The notes under the pieces were generated by a model. The model did not search any database, had not been told where the DNA came from, and saw only the letters and a list, made by a program, of their open reading frames with translations. Shown here piece after piece: positions 19,363-31,200 of a stretch of 64,000 bases of DNA; position 1 is the stretch's first letter; each line of letters starts with the position of its first letter. The position numbers and the translations under genes are program-made. The stretch covers positions 96,001 to 160,000 of the forward strand of contig CAVRCI010000001.1 of the NCBI GenBank assembly GCA_963719495.1, written 5' to 3'. This stretch comes from an uncultured Verrucomicrobiae bacterium. GTDB lineage: Bacteria > Verrucomicrobiota > Verrucomicrobiia > Chthoniobacterales > JAATET01.

Positions 19363-20820
19363 TCACGCCAACCGCCCCAACAGAGCATTCAGCTCCACCG
19401 TCGCAAACCCCGTCGCGTAATCACTCATGGCGTAAGGCAAAATCAACCGCCCCGCGTGCACCAGCGCCCCGCACGTGTAGACCACATTCGGCACGTAACC
19501 CTCCCGCTCGTTCTCGTCCGGACCAAGCAGCGGCTCGGCCATCCGCCCGATTACCTTCCTCGGATCGTCCAAATCGAGCAACAAAGCCCCGATACTGTAT
19601 TTCCGCATCGGCCCCACCCCGTGGGTCAGCACCAGCCACCCCGCGTCGGTCTCGATCGGTGAACCGCAATTTCCCATCTGCACCAGTTCCCAAGCCTGCT
19701 GAGGCTGAAACAAAGGCTCGGCCTCGTTCCAGAAATGCGGATTGTCCGAGAACATGAGAAACACGTTCTCGTTGTCCTGCCGCGACAGCATCACGTAACG
19801 CCCGTCGATCTTCCGCGGGAATAGCGCCATCCCCTTGTTCTGCGCCGCCGGGCCGTTGAGCGTCCGAATCTTGAAATGCAGAAAATCCGTCGTCTCGATC
19901 AATTGTGGCAGGATCGTCCGCCCATCGTAAGCCGTGTAGGTCGCGTAAAACCGCACCGTCCCGTCGTCCTCGCGAAACTCCACGAACCGCGCGTCCTCGA
20001 TCCCATTCCGCTCGCTCGGCGAAGATGGGAAGATGATCCGCTCATCGACCGACTGACCGATCTGGAACCGTGTTTCGTAATTCGACTCCGCCAGCCACTG
20101 CATCCCGTTGCGCACTTGGTCGACCATCCCATCCGGGTGCGGCCAGTCGATTTCGTTCAGCGCCCGCCGCAGCTCCCCGAGCGTGAACGACTCGCCCAGC
20201 GCGCCCAGCACCGCCTTGGCGAAATCCGTCTCGAGCCCGAGCTCCGCCAACTTGCGCTGGAACATCCCCGATTCGTAAGCGGCGTTCTCGACCCGCTCCG
20301 GCTCCGTCACCATCGACCCCGCTTCCACCACCGTCACTCCACCCTTCGCGTCGATGACTCCCTCGCGAAATTCGATCGACGAGATGTGACCCTCCCCCGT
20401 CGCCCGCAGACTCATGATGAACCGCAGCCCGCCCTTCACGATCCCCGTCTGATCCGGAGCCGGCACGATCGACGGGTTGAACAACGCCGCCGACTCCAGC
20501 GCGTATTCGCTGGTGAAATAAGCACCCGCCAGCAACCGCCGCTGCTCCGACCAATCTTCCCAGCCCCCGAAGTGCACCGACGCCCGGTGAAAATTCCGCC
20601 GAATCACGCTCGGCATGTCCTCGTGCCGCGCCGCGAACTCCGCCAAGACGGTTTCCAACGCCGCCTCAACCTGCGCTTCGTCCAACGTCCGGAGGCGCTC
20701 GACCAAGTGCCGCACCCGCTCCCCGTCGTCGGCGAGAAACGGCCGCACGAGCACCCGCCGACTCTCCGGCTCGAGCACCGTCCCGGTTCGTTTCACATTG
20801 AGAGTCCCGCCCGTCTTCAT
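19363..20820 (-). CDS. GH130-like glycosidase/phosphorylase
   Basis: AALFNP, GIEDARF, YATYTAYDG and EREGYVPNVVYTCG motifs. Confidence 0.85.
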   Translation of the reverse strand: MKTGGTLNVKRTGTVLEPESRRVLVRPFLADDGERVRHLVERLRTLDEAQVEAALETVLAEFAARHEDMPSVIRRNFHRASVHFGGWEDWSEQRRLLAGAYFTSEYALESAALFNPSIVPAPDQTGIVKGGLRFIMSLRATGEGHISSIEFREGVIDAKGGVTVVEAGSMVTEPERVENAAYESGMFQRKLAELGLETDFAKAVLGALGESFTLGELRRALNEIDWPHPDGMVDQVRNGMQWLAESNYETRFQIGQSVDERIIFPSSPSERNGIEDARFVEFREDDGTVRFYATYTAYDGRTILPQLIETTDFLHFKIRTLNGPAAQNKGMALFPRKIDGRYVMLSRQDNENVFLMFSDNPHFWNEAEPLFQPQQAWELVQMGNCGSPIETDAGWLVLTHGVGPMRKYSIGALLLDLDDPRKVIGRMAEPLLGPDENEREGYVPNVVYTCGALVHAGRLILPYAMSDYATGFATVELNALLGRLA

Positions 20821-20835
20821 TGCCCGCGCGTTATT

Positions 20836-23082
20836 TCACCCTTCCAGTTCATCCGAAAGGGAAATCCCCACCGACGCCATCCGCATCTCCGCCAGCGACA
20901 AGTGGAACGCCAGCGTCGACTCCGCGCCCTGATTCTCGTTCACCCGGTCCGCGTGCAACCCGTCACGGCAACCGCCCGTCGAGAAATCGTAGAGCGGCAG
21001 ACCCAGATCGTTCCGCCCCAGAAACCACTCGAACGCCCGCCGCGCCTCGCGCCACCACCTCTCGTTCCCCGTCACCCGATACGCCTCCAGGCACGCCGAG
21101 ATCATGGACTGCGACTCGAGCGGCTGCTGATCGAATTGCGCCCGCTCACCGCCGCGCACGAAAAATCCATCCGACCCCACCGGCGAGAAATACCCCGCCG
21201 CCGACGTCTGCACCTCGGCCAACCACGCCAGCGAATCCAAACCAATCTCGAGCGCCCGCGCGTTCGGCGTCCACCGGCCGCTCAGGATCAACGCGTGCGA
21301 CAGCACCGCGTTGTCGTAGTAAAGCCCCTGCTCGAACCACCGCCAACCGTCGCCGGCGACCAGCTCGAACGCGGCGACCAGTTTCGCCGTCAGCGCGTCC
21401 CGCAATTCGTGAACCGGGCCGTCACCCGGATTTTTCCGCAGGTATTCGTGGATCGCCAGCAACACGAAGGCCCACGCCCGCGGCGACGGAAAATCCGCCG
21501 CTCCCGGCAGCGCCCGCTCGAACAATTCCTTCGCCAGCGCGCGAAATCCTTCGTTCTCTCCGCGCCGCCCCAGCGCCGTCCCGAGCGCCCACAGCGCCCG
21601 CGCGTCCGCCACGTCGGAGTCGCCCGGCTCGTCCAACCACCGCCGGTCGTAACTGAAAAAATTCCGAAACCGCCCCGTCTCCCAATCGAACGCCTCCCAC
21701 AAAAACGCCAGATACCGCGCCGCCCGCATCTGGATTTTCGCCACCTCCGCGCCGCTCGTTTCTTCGAGCCAATAGACGAGAATAATCGCCCGCGCGTTGT
21801 CGTCCGTCGTGTGCCCCTCCCGATACCGCGGCACCGTGTAGACGGCGTGCTGCAGGATGCCCGTGTCGTCGGTGAGCGTTGCCACGTGGGAAAGGTTCAG
21901 CGGCGGGAGCTGATACGGACGCTCGTCCGTCGTCAGCTCCGCCCGGGTCGCCGCCGCCCCGCCGAAGGTTTCGACGTAACGCTCCGCCGCCCGCGGCCAG
22001 ATCATCTCCCGCCCCAGCCGGTGCGCCGACTCCCGCGTCCGCCGCAGCAGATCGGGGTCACCAAGGTATTCGTTCACGCCCCGCGCGAGCGCATCCGCTT
22101 CGCCGAAGGGCACCAGGATCCCGCGCCCATCGGCCAGCAATTCCCGCGCGTGCCAGTAAGGCGTCGAGACCACCGCGTTCCCCGCTCCGAAGGCGTAAGC
22201 CAGAGTCCCCGAAGTGATCTGCTCTTCGTTCAAATAAGGCGTCACGTAAATGTCCGTCGCGCCCAAGAATTCGAGCAGCTGATCGAGCTCGACGAATTGA
22301 TCGTAAAAAACCACGTGGTCCGTCACGTCCCGATCCTCCACCCGCCGCTGCAGCGAAAGCCGGTAAGCCTCGCCGTCCCGCTTCCGCAGGTTCGGATGCG
22401 TGGCCCCGAGCACCACGTAGGTGACCTCCGGATGCTCGGCGATGATCGCCGGAAGCGCGTCGATCACGTGCTCGATCCCCTTGCCGGGCGAGATCAGTCC
22501 AAACGTCAAAAGCACCTTCCGACCCTCGAGACCGAATTGCGCTTTCGAATCCGCGGGATCGCTCTGCGCCACGTCGGGAATCCCGTGCGCCACGACCACG
22601 ATTTTCGCGTCGTCCACCCCGTAGACGTCCCGCAGCATTTCGCGCCCCAGCTCCGTCATCACCACCAACCGCGCCGACACCTCGACGATCTGATCCATCA
22701 CCTCGCGTTGTTCGCGATTCGGCGCGCGCAAAACCGTGTGGAGCGTCGTCACGACCGGCATCCGCACCGCGCGCAGCAACGTCAACAGATGGCTGCCCGA
22801 CTTCCCTCCGTAGATCCCGAACTCGTGCTGAACGCAGAGCAGATCGACCTTGGAAATATTCAAAAACTCCGCCGCCCGCCGATACGACTCGAGGTCCCGC
22901 TCGTCGATCTCGAACTTCACCCGCGCGGGGTAATCGTAACCCTCCGCGCGGTCGTTGACCGCGACCACCAGGCATTCGATGTCCTCGAACCGCGCCGCGA
23001 TCGCGTCGCACAGATCCGTCGTGAAGGTCGCGATGCCACACTGACGGGGGAGGTAGTCCCCTAGAAACGCAATTTTCTTCAA
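20836..23082 (-). CDS. Glycosyltransferase family 4 fused to a C-terminal glycosidase-like helical domain
   Basis: PRQCGIATFT and QHEFGIYGG in the GT domain; TDDTGILQH, TTDDNARA, FDQQPLE and NQGAEST in the C-terminal domain. Confidence 0.85.
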   Translation of the reverse strand: MKKIAFLGDYLPRQCGIATFTTDLCDAIAARFEDIECLVVAVNDRAEGYDYPARVKFEIDERDLESYRRAAEFLNISKVDLLCVQHEFGIYGGKSGSHLLTLLRAVRMPVVTTLHTVLRAPNREQREVMDQIVEVSARLVVMTELGREMLRDVYGVDDAKIVVVAHGIPDVAQSDPADSKAQFGLEGRKVLLTFGLISPGKGIEHVIDALPAIIAEHPEVTYVVLGATHPNLRKRDGEAYRLSLQRRVEDRDVTDHVVFYDQFVELDQLLEFLGATDIYVTPYLNEEQITSGTLAYAFGAGNAVVSTPYWHARELLADGRGILVPFGEADALARGVNEYLGDPDLLRRTRESAHRLGREMIWPRAAERYVETFGGAAATRAELTTDERPYQLPPLNLSHVATLTDDTGILQHAVYTVPRYREGHTTDDNARAIILVYWLEETSGAEVAKIQMRAARYLAFLWEAFDWETGRFRNFFSYDRRWLDEPGDSDVADARALWALGTALGRRGENEGFRALAKELFERALPGAADFPSPRAWAFVLLAIHEYLRKNPGDGPVHELRDALTAKLVAAFELVAGDGWRWFEQGLYYDNAVLSHALILSGRWTPNARALEIGLDSLAWLAEVQTSAAGYFSPVGSDGFFVRGGERAQFDQQPLESQSMISACLEAYRVTGNERWWREARRAFEWFLGRNDLGLPLYDFSTGGCRDGLHADRVNENQGAESTLAFHLSLAEMRMASVGISLSDELEG

Positions 23083-23134
23083 GCGCCCATCGTATCCGGT
23101 CCCGATGGAAACCGTGCCAACAATCGGCGCCCGA

Positions 23135-26100
23135 TCAGCTGCCGCCCACGCTCACGAGCAGCTCGCTCAAATCATCCCGCAGCCCCCGCTCGTCCCCGAC
23201 ACCAAACTCATCCCCCGCCCGCAGTCGCACGTGCTTACTCCCCGCGACGAACTCGAGCACGACCGGCCGCTTGCCCGGGAACTTCCGGATCGAATCGCCG
23301 ATCCGATCCAGATCGCCTTCGCTCACCTTGGCGCGCTCGAACCGCAGCTCCACCGGCTTCCGCGAAGCCCGCGCCTTGAGCGCCACGAACGAATTCGCGT
23401 TCGCGCGAATCTCCTCGTCGCGACGCGACACCCGCACCGACACGCCCACCGCCGACCCCGGCACGAGCAGCGCCGCGTTTTCACCCGACGCCGCCTCGTC
23501 CCACGCGATCATTTCGAGCGATCCCGTGAAATCCTCCACCACCAGCACCGCAAAGGGTTTGTTGTCCTTCCGCGTAAACTTCCGCTCCACCGACACGATC
23601 ATCCCCGCGACCTTCATCGACGTCGGCTCCTCGGTCTTGAGCGCGTCCGCGATCGACGTGTACTTCGCGCTGTCGAAGACGCCCGCGTAGCTGTCGAGCG
23701 GGTGACCCGTGACGTAGAATCCCAGCAGCTCCTTCTCGTAACCGAGCGTCTCGAGCACCGACCAAGGCTCGATCTCCCGCCCCGAGTGCCGGGTCATCGG
23801 CTCGGGCTCGATGTCCAGCGAGTCGAAGAGCGAAACCTGCCCGCTCGCCCGATCCTTCTGCACCGCCGCCGCGCCCGCCATCGCGTCCTCGATCTGCGAA
23901 AACACCTTCGCGCGATTCGGCTCGAACGAATCGAACGCCCCGCACTTCGAAAGCGATTCAACGATCTTCTTGTTCACCGTCCGCGAATCCAGCCGCGCGC
24001 AGAAATCCTCGATCGATTTGAAAGCACCGTTCTCTTTCCGATCCGCAATCGCGTTCTCCATCGCGCCCGCGCCGACGTTCTTGATCGCCGCCAGTCCGAA
24101 CCGGACTTCCGCCCCCGCCTTTCTCCGCACGGGCGCGAATTTGAGCTGACTCTCGTTCACGTCCGGCGGCAGGATCGCGATCTGCATCCGCTGACACTCC
24201 GCGATCAGCGTCGCGATCTTGTCCGTGTTGTCCGAGTCGTTGCTCATCAACCCGCACATGAACTCCACCGGATAATGCGCCTTCAGATACGCGGTCTGGT
24301 AGCTGATCAATCCGTAGGCCGCCGAGTGAGATTTGTTGAACCCGTATTCCGCGAATTTCTCCAGCAATCCGAAGATCGCGTTCGCGACCTTCTCCGGAAT
24401 CTGATTCACCCGCAGACACCCGTCGACGAACGTCACGCGCTCCGCCGCCATCTTCTTCGCGTCCTTCTTCCCCATCGCCCGGCGTAGCAGATCCGCCTGA
24501 CCCAGCGAGTAACCCGCGAGGACGTTCGCCGCCCGCTGCACCTGCTCCTGGTAGATCATGATGCCAAACGTGTCGCCCGCCACCTGCTCCAGCAGCGGGT
24601 GCGCGTATTCGACCTTTTTGAGCCCCTTCTTCCGCTCGATGTAATCGGGGATGAACTGCATCGGACCCGGCCGATACAGCGCCAGGATCGCGATGATGTC
24701 GTCGATGCTGCCGACGTCGAAGCGTTTGCAGCAATTCGTGATCCCTCCACCTTCCAACTGAAACACCCCGACCGTCTCGCCCCGGTTCAGCAAATCGAAC
24801 GACGCCTGGTCGTCCATCGGGATTTTCCCCAGATCGAAATCCGGCGCGACCTCGTGGATCAACGCGATGGCGTCGTGCATCACCGTGAGCGTCTTCAGCC
24901 CCAGAAAATCCATCTTGAGCATCCCGAGATCGGTCAGCGGCGACATCGAAAATTGCGTCACCACCTCGTTCTCCTTGCCGCGGCACAGCGGAATGTATTC
25001 GTCCAGCGGCCGGTCCCCGATCACGACGCCCGCCGCGTGAATCCCGGTGTTGCGGCTCAGCCCCTCGAGCGTCGTCGCGTAGTCCCAGAGCTGCTTCGTC
25101 GCCGGCTCGGTGTCGATGGCGGCCTTCAGCTCCGGGTTCATCTCCTCCGCTTTCGCCAGCGTCATCCCGAGATCGAGCGGCACCATCTTCGCCAGTCGAT
25201 CCCCATCGCCGTAGCTCATCCCCATCACCCGCGCGACGTCCCGCACCACACTCTTCGCCCCCAGCGTGCCGAACGTCACGATCTGCGACACCGCCCGCTC
25301 GCCGTATTTCTGCCGCACGTATTCGATCACCTCGCCCCGCCGTGTCATGCAGAAATCGATGTCGATGTCGGGCGGACTGATCCGCTCCGGATTGAGAAAT
25401 CGTTCAAAAATCAGCCCGTAACGCAGCGGATCCAGATCGGTGATCCGCAGCACGTAAGCGATCAGCGACCCCGCCGCCGAACCGCGCCCCGGCCCGACCG
25501 GAATCCCGCGTTCCCGCGCGTAATTGATGAAATCCCAGACGATGAGAAAATAGCTCACGAACCCGGTCTTCTCGATGATCCCCAACTCGTATTCGAGGCG
25601 CTCGAGCAACGTCGCATCGTCCTCCGCCCGCTCGCCGTAACGCGCCCGCAATCCCGCGAAGCACAGCTCGCGCAGATACCCGCTCCGGTCCTTCCCCGGT
25701 GGCGGCTCGTAGGCCGGATACTTCGTCGACTTGAAATCGAACTCGATCCCGCACCGCTCCGCGATCCGCACCGTGTTCGAGATCGCCTCCGGGTGATCCG
25801 GGAACAGCGCCGCCATTTCGTCGCCGTTTTTGAAATACAACTCCGGCACGTAGCGCACCCGCTTCTCGTCGTGCACCATCGACCCCGTCCCGATGCAGAT
25901 CATCACGTCGTGCGCCTCGTGGTGCGAGCGGTCGAGGAAATGCACGTCGTTCGCCGCCACCAGGCCTAGCCCCAGGTCCCGCGAAATGTCCAGCAGCCCC
26001 GCCCGCGTCTCCCGCTGCGCGTCGATCCCGTGGTCGTGCAGCTCGATGAAGAAATTCTCCTTCCCGAAAATGTCCCGATACGTCGCAGCCGTCTCCAACG

Positions 26101-26572
26101 CCCGATCCGGCTGACCCGCCAACAGTTGCGAATTCACCTCCCCCTTCAGACACCCGCTCAGCGCAATGATCCCCTCCGAGTGCTTCGCCATGAGGTCGTG
26201 GTCGACGCGCGGCTTGTAATAGAACCCCTCGAGGTGCGCCAGGCTCACCAGCTTCACCAGATTCCGATACCCCGCGTCGTTCTCAGCCAGCAGCGTGAAG
26301 TGATGGGCCGCCTCCTTCCCCGACGACGCCTTCTTCTCGTGCATCGACCCCGGCGCGACGTAGACCTCGCAACCGATGATCGGTTTCACCCCCGCCTTCA
26401 GCCCCTGCTGATAAAAATCCACCGCCCCGAAGAGGTTGCCGTGATCCGTCATCGCCACGGCCGGCATCCCGTATTCCACCGCCCGTTTCATCAGGTCGGG
26501 GATCCGCACCGCCCCGTCGAGCATCGAGTATTGGGTGTGCAGATGAAGGTGAACGAAGGGCGCGTAACTCAC
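23135..26572 (-). CDS. dnaE: DNA polymerase III alpha subunit
   Basis: HLHLHTQYSMLDG PHP domain, GPGRGSAAGS, PPDIDIDF and YGFNKSHS motifs. Confidence 0.97.
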   Translation of the reverse strand: MSYAPFVHLHLHTQYSMLDGAVRIPDLMKRAVEYGMPAVAMTDHGNLFGAVDFYQQGLKAGVKPIIGCEVYVAPGSMHEKKASSGKEAAHHFTLLAENDAGYRNLVKLVSLAHLEGFYYKPRVDHDLMAKHSEGIIALSGCLKGEVNSQLLAGQPDRALETAATYRDIFGKENFFIELHDHGIDAQRETRAGLLDISRDLGLGLVAANDVHFLDRSHHEAHDVMICIGTGSMVHDEKRVRYVPELYFKNGDEMAALFPDHPEAISNTVRIAERCGIEFDFKSTKYPAYEPPPGKDRSGYLRELCFAGLRARYGERAEDDATLLERLEYELGIIEKTGFVSYFLIVWDFINYARERGIPVGPGRGSAAGSLIAYVLRITDLDPLRYGLIFERFLNPERISPPDIDIDFCMTRRGEVIEYVRQKYGERAVSQIVTFGTLGAKSVVRDVARVMGMSYGDGDRLAKMVPLDLGMTLAKAEEMNPELKAAIDTEPATKQLWDYATTLEGLSRNTGIHAAGVVIGDRPLDEYIPLCRGKENEVVTQFSMSPLTDLGMLKMDFLGLKTLTVMHDAIALIHEVAPDFDLGKIPMDDQASFDLLNRGETVGVFQLEGGGITNCCKRFDVGSIDDIIAILALYRPGPMQFIPDYIERKKGLKKVEYAHPLLEQVAGDTFGIMIYQEQVQRAANVLAGYSLGQADLLRRAMGKKDAKKMAAERVTFVDGCLRVNQIPEKVANAIFGLLEKFAEYGFNKSHSAAYGLISYQTAYLKAHYPVEFMCGLMSNDSDNTDKIATLIAECQRMQIAILPPDVNESQLKFAPVRRKAGAEVRFGLAAIKNVGAGAMENAIADRKENGAFKSIEDFCARLDSRTVNKKIVESLSKCGAFDSFEPNRAKVFSQIEDAMAGAAAVQKDRASGQVSLFDSLDIEPEPMTRHSGREIEPWSVLETLGYEKELLGFYVTGHPLDSYAGVFDSAKYTSIADALKTEEPTSMKVAGMIVSVERKFTRKDNKPFAVLVVEDFTGSLEMIAWDEAASGENAALLVPGSAVGVSVRVSRRDEEIRANANSFVALKARASRKPVELRFERAKVSEGDLDRIGDSIRKFPGKRPVVLEFVAGSKHVRLRAGDEFGVGDERGLRDDLSELLVSVGGS

Positions 26573-26660
26573 GCGTCCACCCTACCCAACCCCCACCCAA
26601 TACCCGAAAACTTAAATCCGAAAAATCACCCCCCAGCCCGCCGCCCAACCAAAAATCCCG

Positions 26661-26700
26661 CTACCGATGAAACGTAACGGCCGTTACGTTTCATCGGTAG
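26661..26700. repeat. Perfect 40-bp palindrome
   Basis: CTACCGATGAAACGTAACGG|CCGTTACGTTTCATCGGTAG. Confidence 0.92.
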
Positions 26701-26752
26701 ACGCGAAATTGCCGTTGCGGATTTCCGATCCCCCGCGCCCTTCGATTGAGCG

Positions 26753-27565
26753 TTATGTCGTTCGCCGACACACGAGAATTACCTCGTCCACCCCGTCCCC
26801 CACCACGAACCCCGGCTCGAAAACCAGCCGCCGCTGAAACCACAGCCCCAGCGGCCCGATCCACCGCGCGTATTCCCGCGCCGCCTCCCGCGGATGGTGC
26901 CGCAGAAACCGCACCCCCAGCTCCAGCAACCACGTCGACCGCGGAGCCATTCCGTAGACAGCGCCCCGTTCGATCCCGAACCCCGCCGCCGCCAGTTTGC
27001 CCTCCAGCTCCGCCGGCTCGTAACGCCGCCGGTGCCCCACGAAATCATCGAAGTCCGTCCACCCGCTCTGGAAAAGTGGCACCGCCAGCAGGAGAACCCC
27101 ACCGGGCCGCACGACCCGCGCCAGCTCCGCCAAAGCGCCCACGTCGTCCTCGACGTGCTCGACCACGTCCAACGCCGCCGCCAGATCGAACGGTCCATCG
27201 ACCGGCAATTCCGCCAGCAACCCGACCCGGGCATCCGCGCCCGCCGCCCGCAGTTTGCCCACCGCCACGTCGCTCAAATCCACGAAGACCCCGCCCGCCA
27301 GCGGCAACCGCGGATTCAGACCGCACCCGACCTCGAGCCGCCGCGCCCCGAGGGCCAGCAACTCACTCACCAGCGGCCACGTATTGAATTTTTCCGGACT
27401 CGTCACCTCGGCAGCCCCCCACAGCAGTTGGTAAAAATCCCGGTTCGTCGCGGTCAGATCCAACGTCACCGCGGCACCGTCCCGCCGCACGAACCCACTG
27501 AACCACCACGAAATCCGCCAAGCGGCAAAAGCCAACACCGCAGCCACCATCAAACGCCAGATCAT
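26753..27565 (-). CDS. Class I SAM-dependent methyltransferase
   Basis: LEVGCG, LDVVEHVEDD and GHRRRY motifs. Start uncertain. Confidence 0.8.
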   Translation of the reverse strand: MIWRLMVAAVLAFAAWRISWWFSGFVRRDGAAVTLDLTATNRDFYQLLWGAAEVTSPEKFNTWPLVSELLALGARRLEVGCGLNPRLPLAGGVFVDLSDVAVGKLRAAGADARVGLLAELPVDGPFDLAAALDVVEHVEDDVGALAELARVVRPGGVLLLAVPLFQSGWTDFDDFVGHRRRYEPAELEGKLAAAGFGIERGAVYGMAPRSTWLLELGVRFLRHHPREAAREYARWIGPLGLWFQRRLVFEPGFVVGDGVDEVILVCRRTT

Positions 27566-27720
27566 CGAAGCCCGCGACTCTCTCCCGAACCCGCCCACCT
27601 GAAAACCCAAAACTCCCTGAGACCCCTCGGAGGGCGAGGCTCCCGCCGAGCCACTTCGGCACCACAACCCAGCGAACCACCAGAAACCGCCGCACCGGCA
27701 CAAAAACCACCGAGCCACCA

Positions 27721-27760
27721 AAGAAAAACGAAGGCCCCGCGCTCACGCGAAGGGCCTCCG
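27721..27760 (-). terminator. Intrinsic terminator of rnpB
   Basis: Minus strand CGGAGGCCC..GGGCCTTCG followed by TTTTTCTT. Confidence 0.7.
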
Positions 27761-27766
27761 AAAATT

Positions 27767-28153
<387 letters not shown>

Positions 28154-28207
28154 GAAAAAATCTAATCATCACCCCCAAAGCAGTCACCCCATTTCTCATT
28201 CCCCGTT

Positions 28208-31200
28208 TCAAATCTCCGCCACTCGAATCGTTTCACCCCTCGCTCGAGCCAGATAATAGACGACCGGGTAGATCAAGAGCTCCAGCAGGAAGCTAGTCCC
28301 CAGCCCGCCGATCATCGGCACCGCAAGACGCCGCATGGTGTCGGCCCCCGCCCCGTCCGCCCACAGCAGCGGCAGCAACCCTACGAAGGTCGAGGCCACC
28401 GTCATCGTCTTCGGTCGGATTCGCTTCACCGCCCCGTCGTGCACCGCGGTCCACAAATCCTCCCGTGAGTTCAGCCGCCCCTCGGCCTTGAAGCGCTCGT
28501 AGCTCGTGTCGAGATACAACAACATCACCGCCCCCGTCTCCGCGTCCAGCCCCGCCAATGCGATGAGACCAACCCACACCGCCAGCGACATCTCGTAGTC
28601 CATCCACCACAGGAACCAAATCGCCCCCACCAGCGAAAACGGCACCGCCAGCAGGATGATCGCGACCCTGAGCCAACTCCGCGTCGACAAATAAAGCAGC
28701 AACACGATCCCGACCAACGCGAGCGGGATCGCGATCTTCAACCGCGCCGCCGCCGCCTGCATGTATTCGTATTGCCCCGACCACTTCACGGTCACCCCCG
28801 GCGGCAGCGGCACCTCGCGTGCCACCACCTCCTTCGCCCGGTCGACGTAGGTCCCGACGTCGATCTCCGCGATGTCGACGTAGACCCAGCTCGTCAGCCG
28901 CGCGTTCTCGCTCTTCACCATCGGCGGCCCCTTGCTGATCGCGATGTCCGCCAATTGTGCCAACGGCACCTGCGCGCCGCTCGGCGTCGCCACCAGCGTC
29001 TGCCGCACCGATTCGATCGTGTCCCGCAGCTCACTCGGATAACGCACGTTCACCGGATACCGCTCCAGCCCCTCGACCGTCGACGTCACCGTCATCCCGC
29101 CGAGCGCCGTCATGATCACGTCCTGCACGTCACCGACGACCAGGCCGTAGCGCGCGATCGCGTCGCGGTTCACCTCCACGTCGAAGTAATTCCCGCCCAC
29201 GCTTTTCTCCGGAAACGCACTCGTCGTGTTCGCGCTCGTGGCCGCGTCCGACTTCAACGCGTGCGCCGCCTCCTGCGCCAACCCAGCCAGCACCTCGAGG
29301 TCTGGTCCCATGAACTTGATCCCGACCGGCGTCCGGATCCCGGTGGATAGCATGTCGATCCGCGTCCGGATCGGCATCGTCCACGCGTTCGTCAGGCCCG
29401 GAAATTGCAATGCGTCGTTCATCCCCGGCACCCGCAACGTCCCGCCCCGCCCGTCCGGAATCTCGTAGCCGTAAATGATTTCGTCCATCGTGATCGCCCG
29501 CGTCGAGGCGAAGACCCGCTCCGGCAACCACCGCGCCCAACCCGGCCACCCGTCGAAAAACCGCGACACGCGAACCGCTCGCCACTTCGATTTGTCACGG
29601 TGCAACGTGAGCGTCGTCTCGAGCATCGACATCGGTGCCGGGTCGGTCGCCGTCTCCGCCCGCCCGATTTTTCCGAACACCGACTTCACCTCGGGAAATT
29701 GCGCCAGGATCTTGTCCGTCTGCTGCAAGACTTCCCGCGCTTTCGTCGGTCCGATCCCCGGATCCGTCGTCGGCATGTAAAGCAGATCGCCCTCCTCCAA
29801 CGGCGGCATGAACTCGCGCCCCAGCTGCGTGAACGGCCACCAGGTCGCCGCCAGCACCAGCACCGCGACCAGCAAAGTCAGCCCCTTGAATCGCATCACC
29901 AGCGCAAACGCCGGGTTGTAGATCGCCTCCAGCACCCGGCTGATCGGATTCCGCTCCTCGTCCGGAATCCGCTGCGGCAGCAGCACCAACGCGGCCAGCA
30001 CGACCCACGCCGCCGCCCACCACCATGAAAAATAAATCCCCAGCCCCACCGCTGGCACCAGCATCAAGCCCGCGTAAGTCCCCCACCGCCGACGCCGACC
30101 CCAAGCCTCCGGCAAGGTCCGCTCCGTCACGAAAAACGTCATGAGCACCGGGATCACCGTCACGGCGAGAATCGCGCCCGACGCCATCGCGAACGTCTTC
30201 GTGAAAGCCAGCGGCTTGAACAACCGCCCCGACTGCTCGCCCAGCACGAAGATCGGCAAAAAACTCACCACGATGATCAACAGCGCGAAAAAAAGGCTCG
30301 GCCCCACCTCCTTCGCGGCGTCCCCGATGATCTCGATCCTCGGACGCGGCGCCGCGCCCTCCGCCACGCGCCGCCGCTCGATCTCGAGGAACTTGTGCGC
30401 GTTCTCGACCATGATGATCGAGCTATCGACCATCACGCCGATCGAGATCGCGATCCCGCCCAGCGACATGATGTTCGCGTTGATCCCCGCGAGATGCATG
30501 ACCGTCAACGTTGCCAACACGCCCGCCGGCAGCACGAACGCCGCCACCAAAGCACTCCGCGCGTGCAGCAGAAATAGAATGCACACGATCGCCACGACCA
30601 CGACTTCCTCGGTGAGCGTCTTCGTCAACGTCCCCACCGCCCGCTCGATCAAATCCGAACGGTCGTAAGCGATCTCGATCCTGACACCTTCCGGCAGACC
30701 CTTCTCGAGCTCCGCCAGCCGCGCTTTCACCCGGTCGATCGTCGCCTTCGCGTTCTCGCCGAACCGCATGATCACGATCCCACCCACGACCTCGCCCTCC
30801 CCATTCCACTCGGCGATCCCCCGCCGGATATCCGGCCCGATCCGCACCTCCGCCACGTCCGCCAACCGGATCGGCGTCCCGCTGTCGTTCACTCCCAGCG
30901 CGATTCCGGACAGATCCTCGAGCACCTGCGCCGACCGCGCGTCGTCCGGCCCCGAAGACCCGAGGTAACCCAGTCCGCGCACCATGTATTCCGTCTCGCT
31001 CTGCTCGATCAACCGCCCGCCGACGTCCGCGTTGGAGCGCGAGATCGCCGTCCGCACCTTCGACAGCGGAATGTCGTAGGCCCGCAGCTTCACTGGATCG
31101 ACCACCACCTGATACTGCTTCACGAACCCACCCACCGGCGCGACCTCGCTCACCCCGTCGACAGCCGTCAGCTCGTAGCGCAGATACCAGTCCTGCAGGC

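Noticed and set aside
19876..23064. 1062-aa + strand ORF
   Set aside because: It is an antisense shadow of the GT4/GH130 genes, Arg/Pro-rich with no motifs.
23135..26572. Intein or split in dnaE
   Set aside because: The length is typical and the motifs are continuous.
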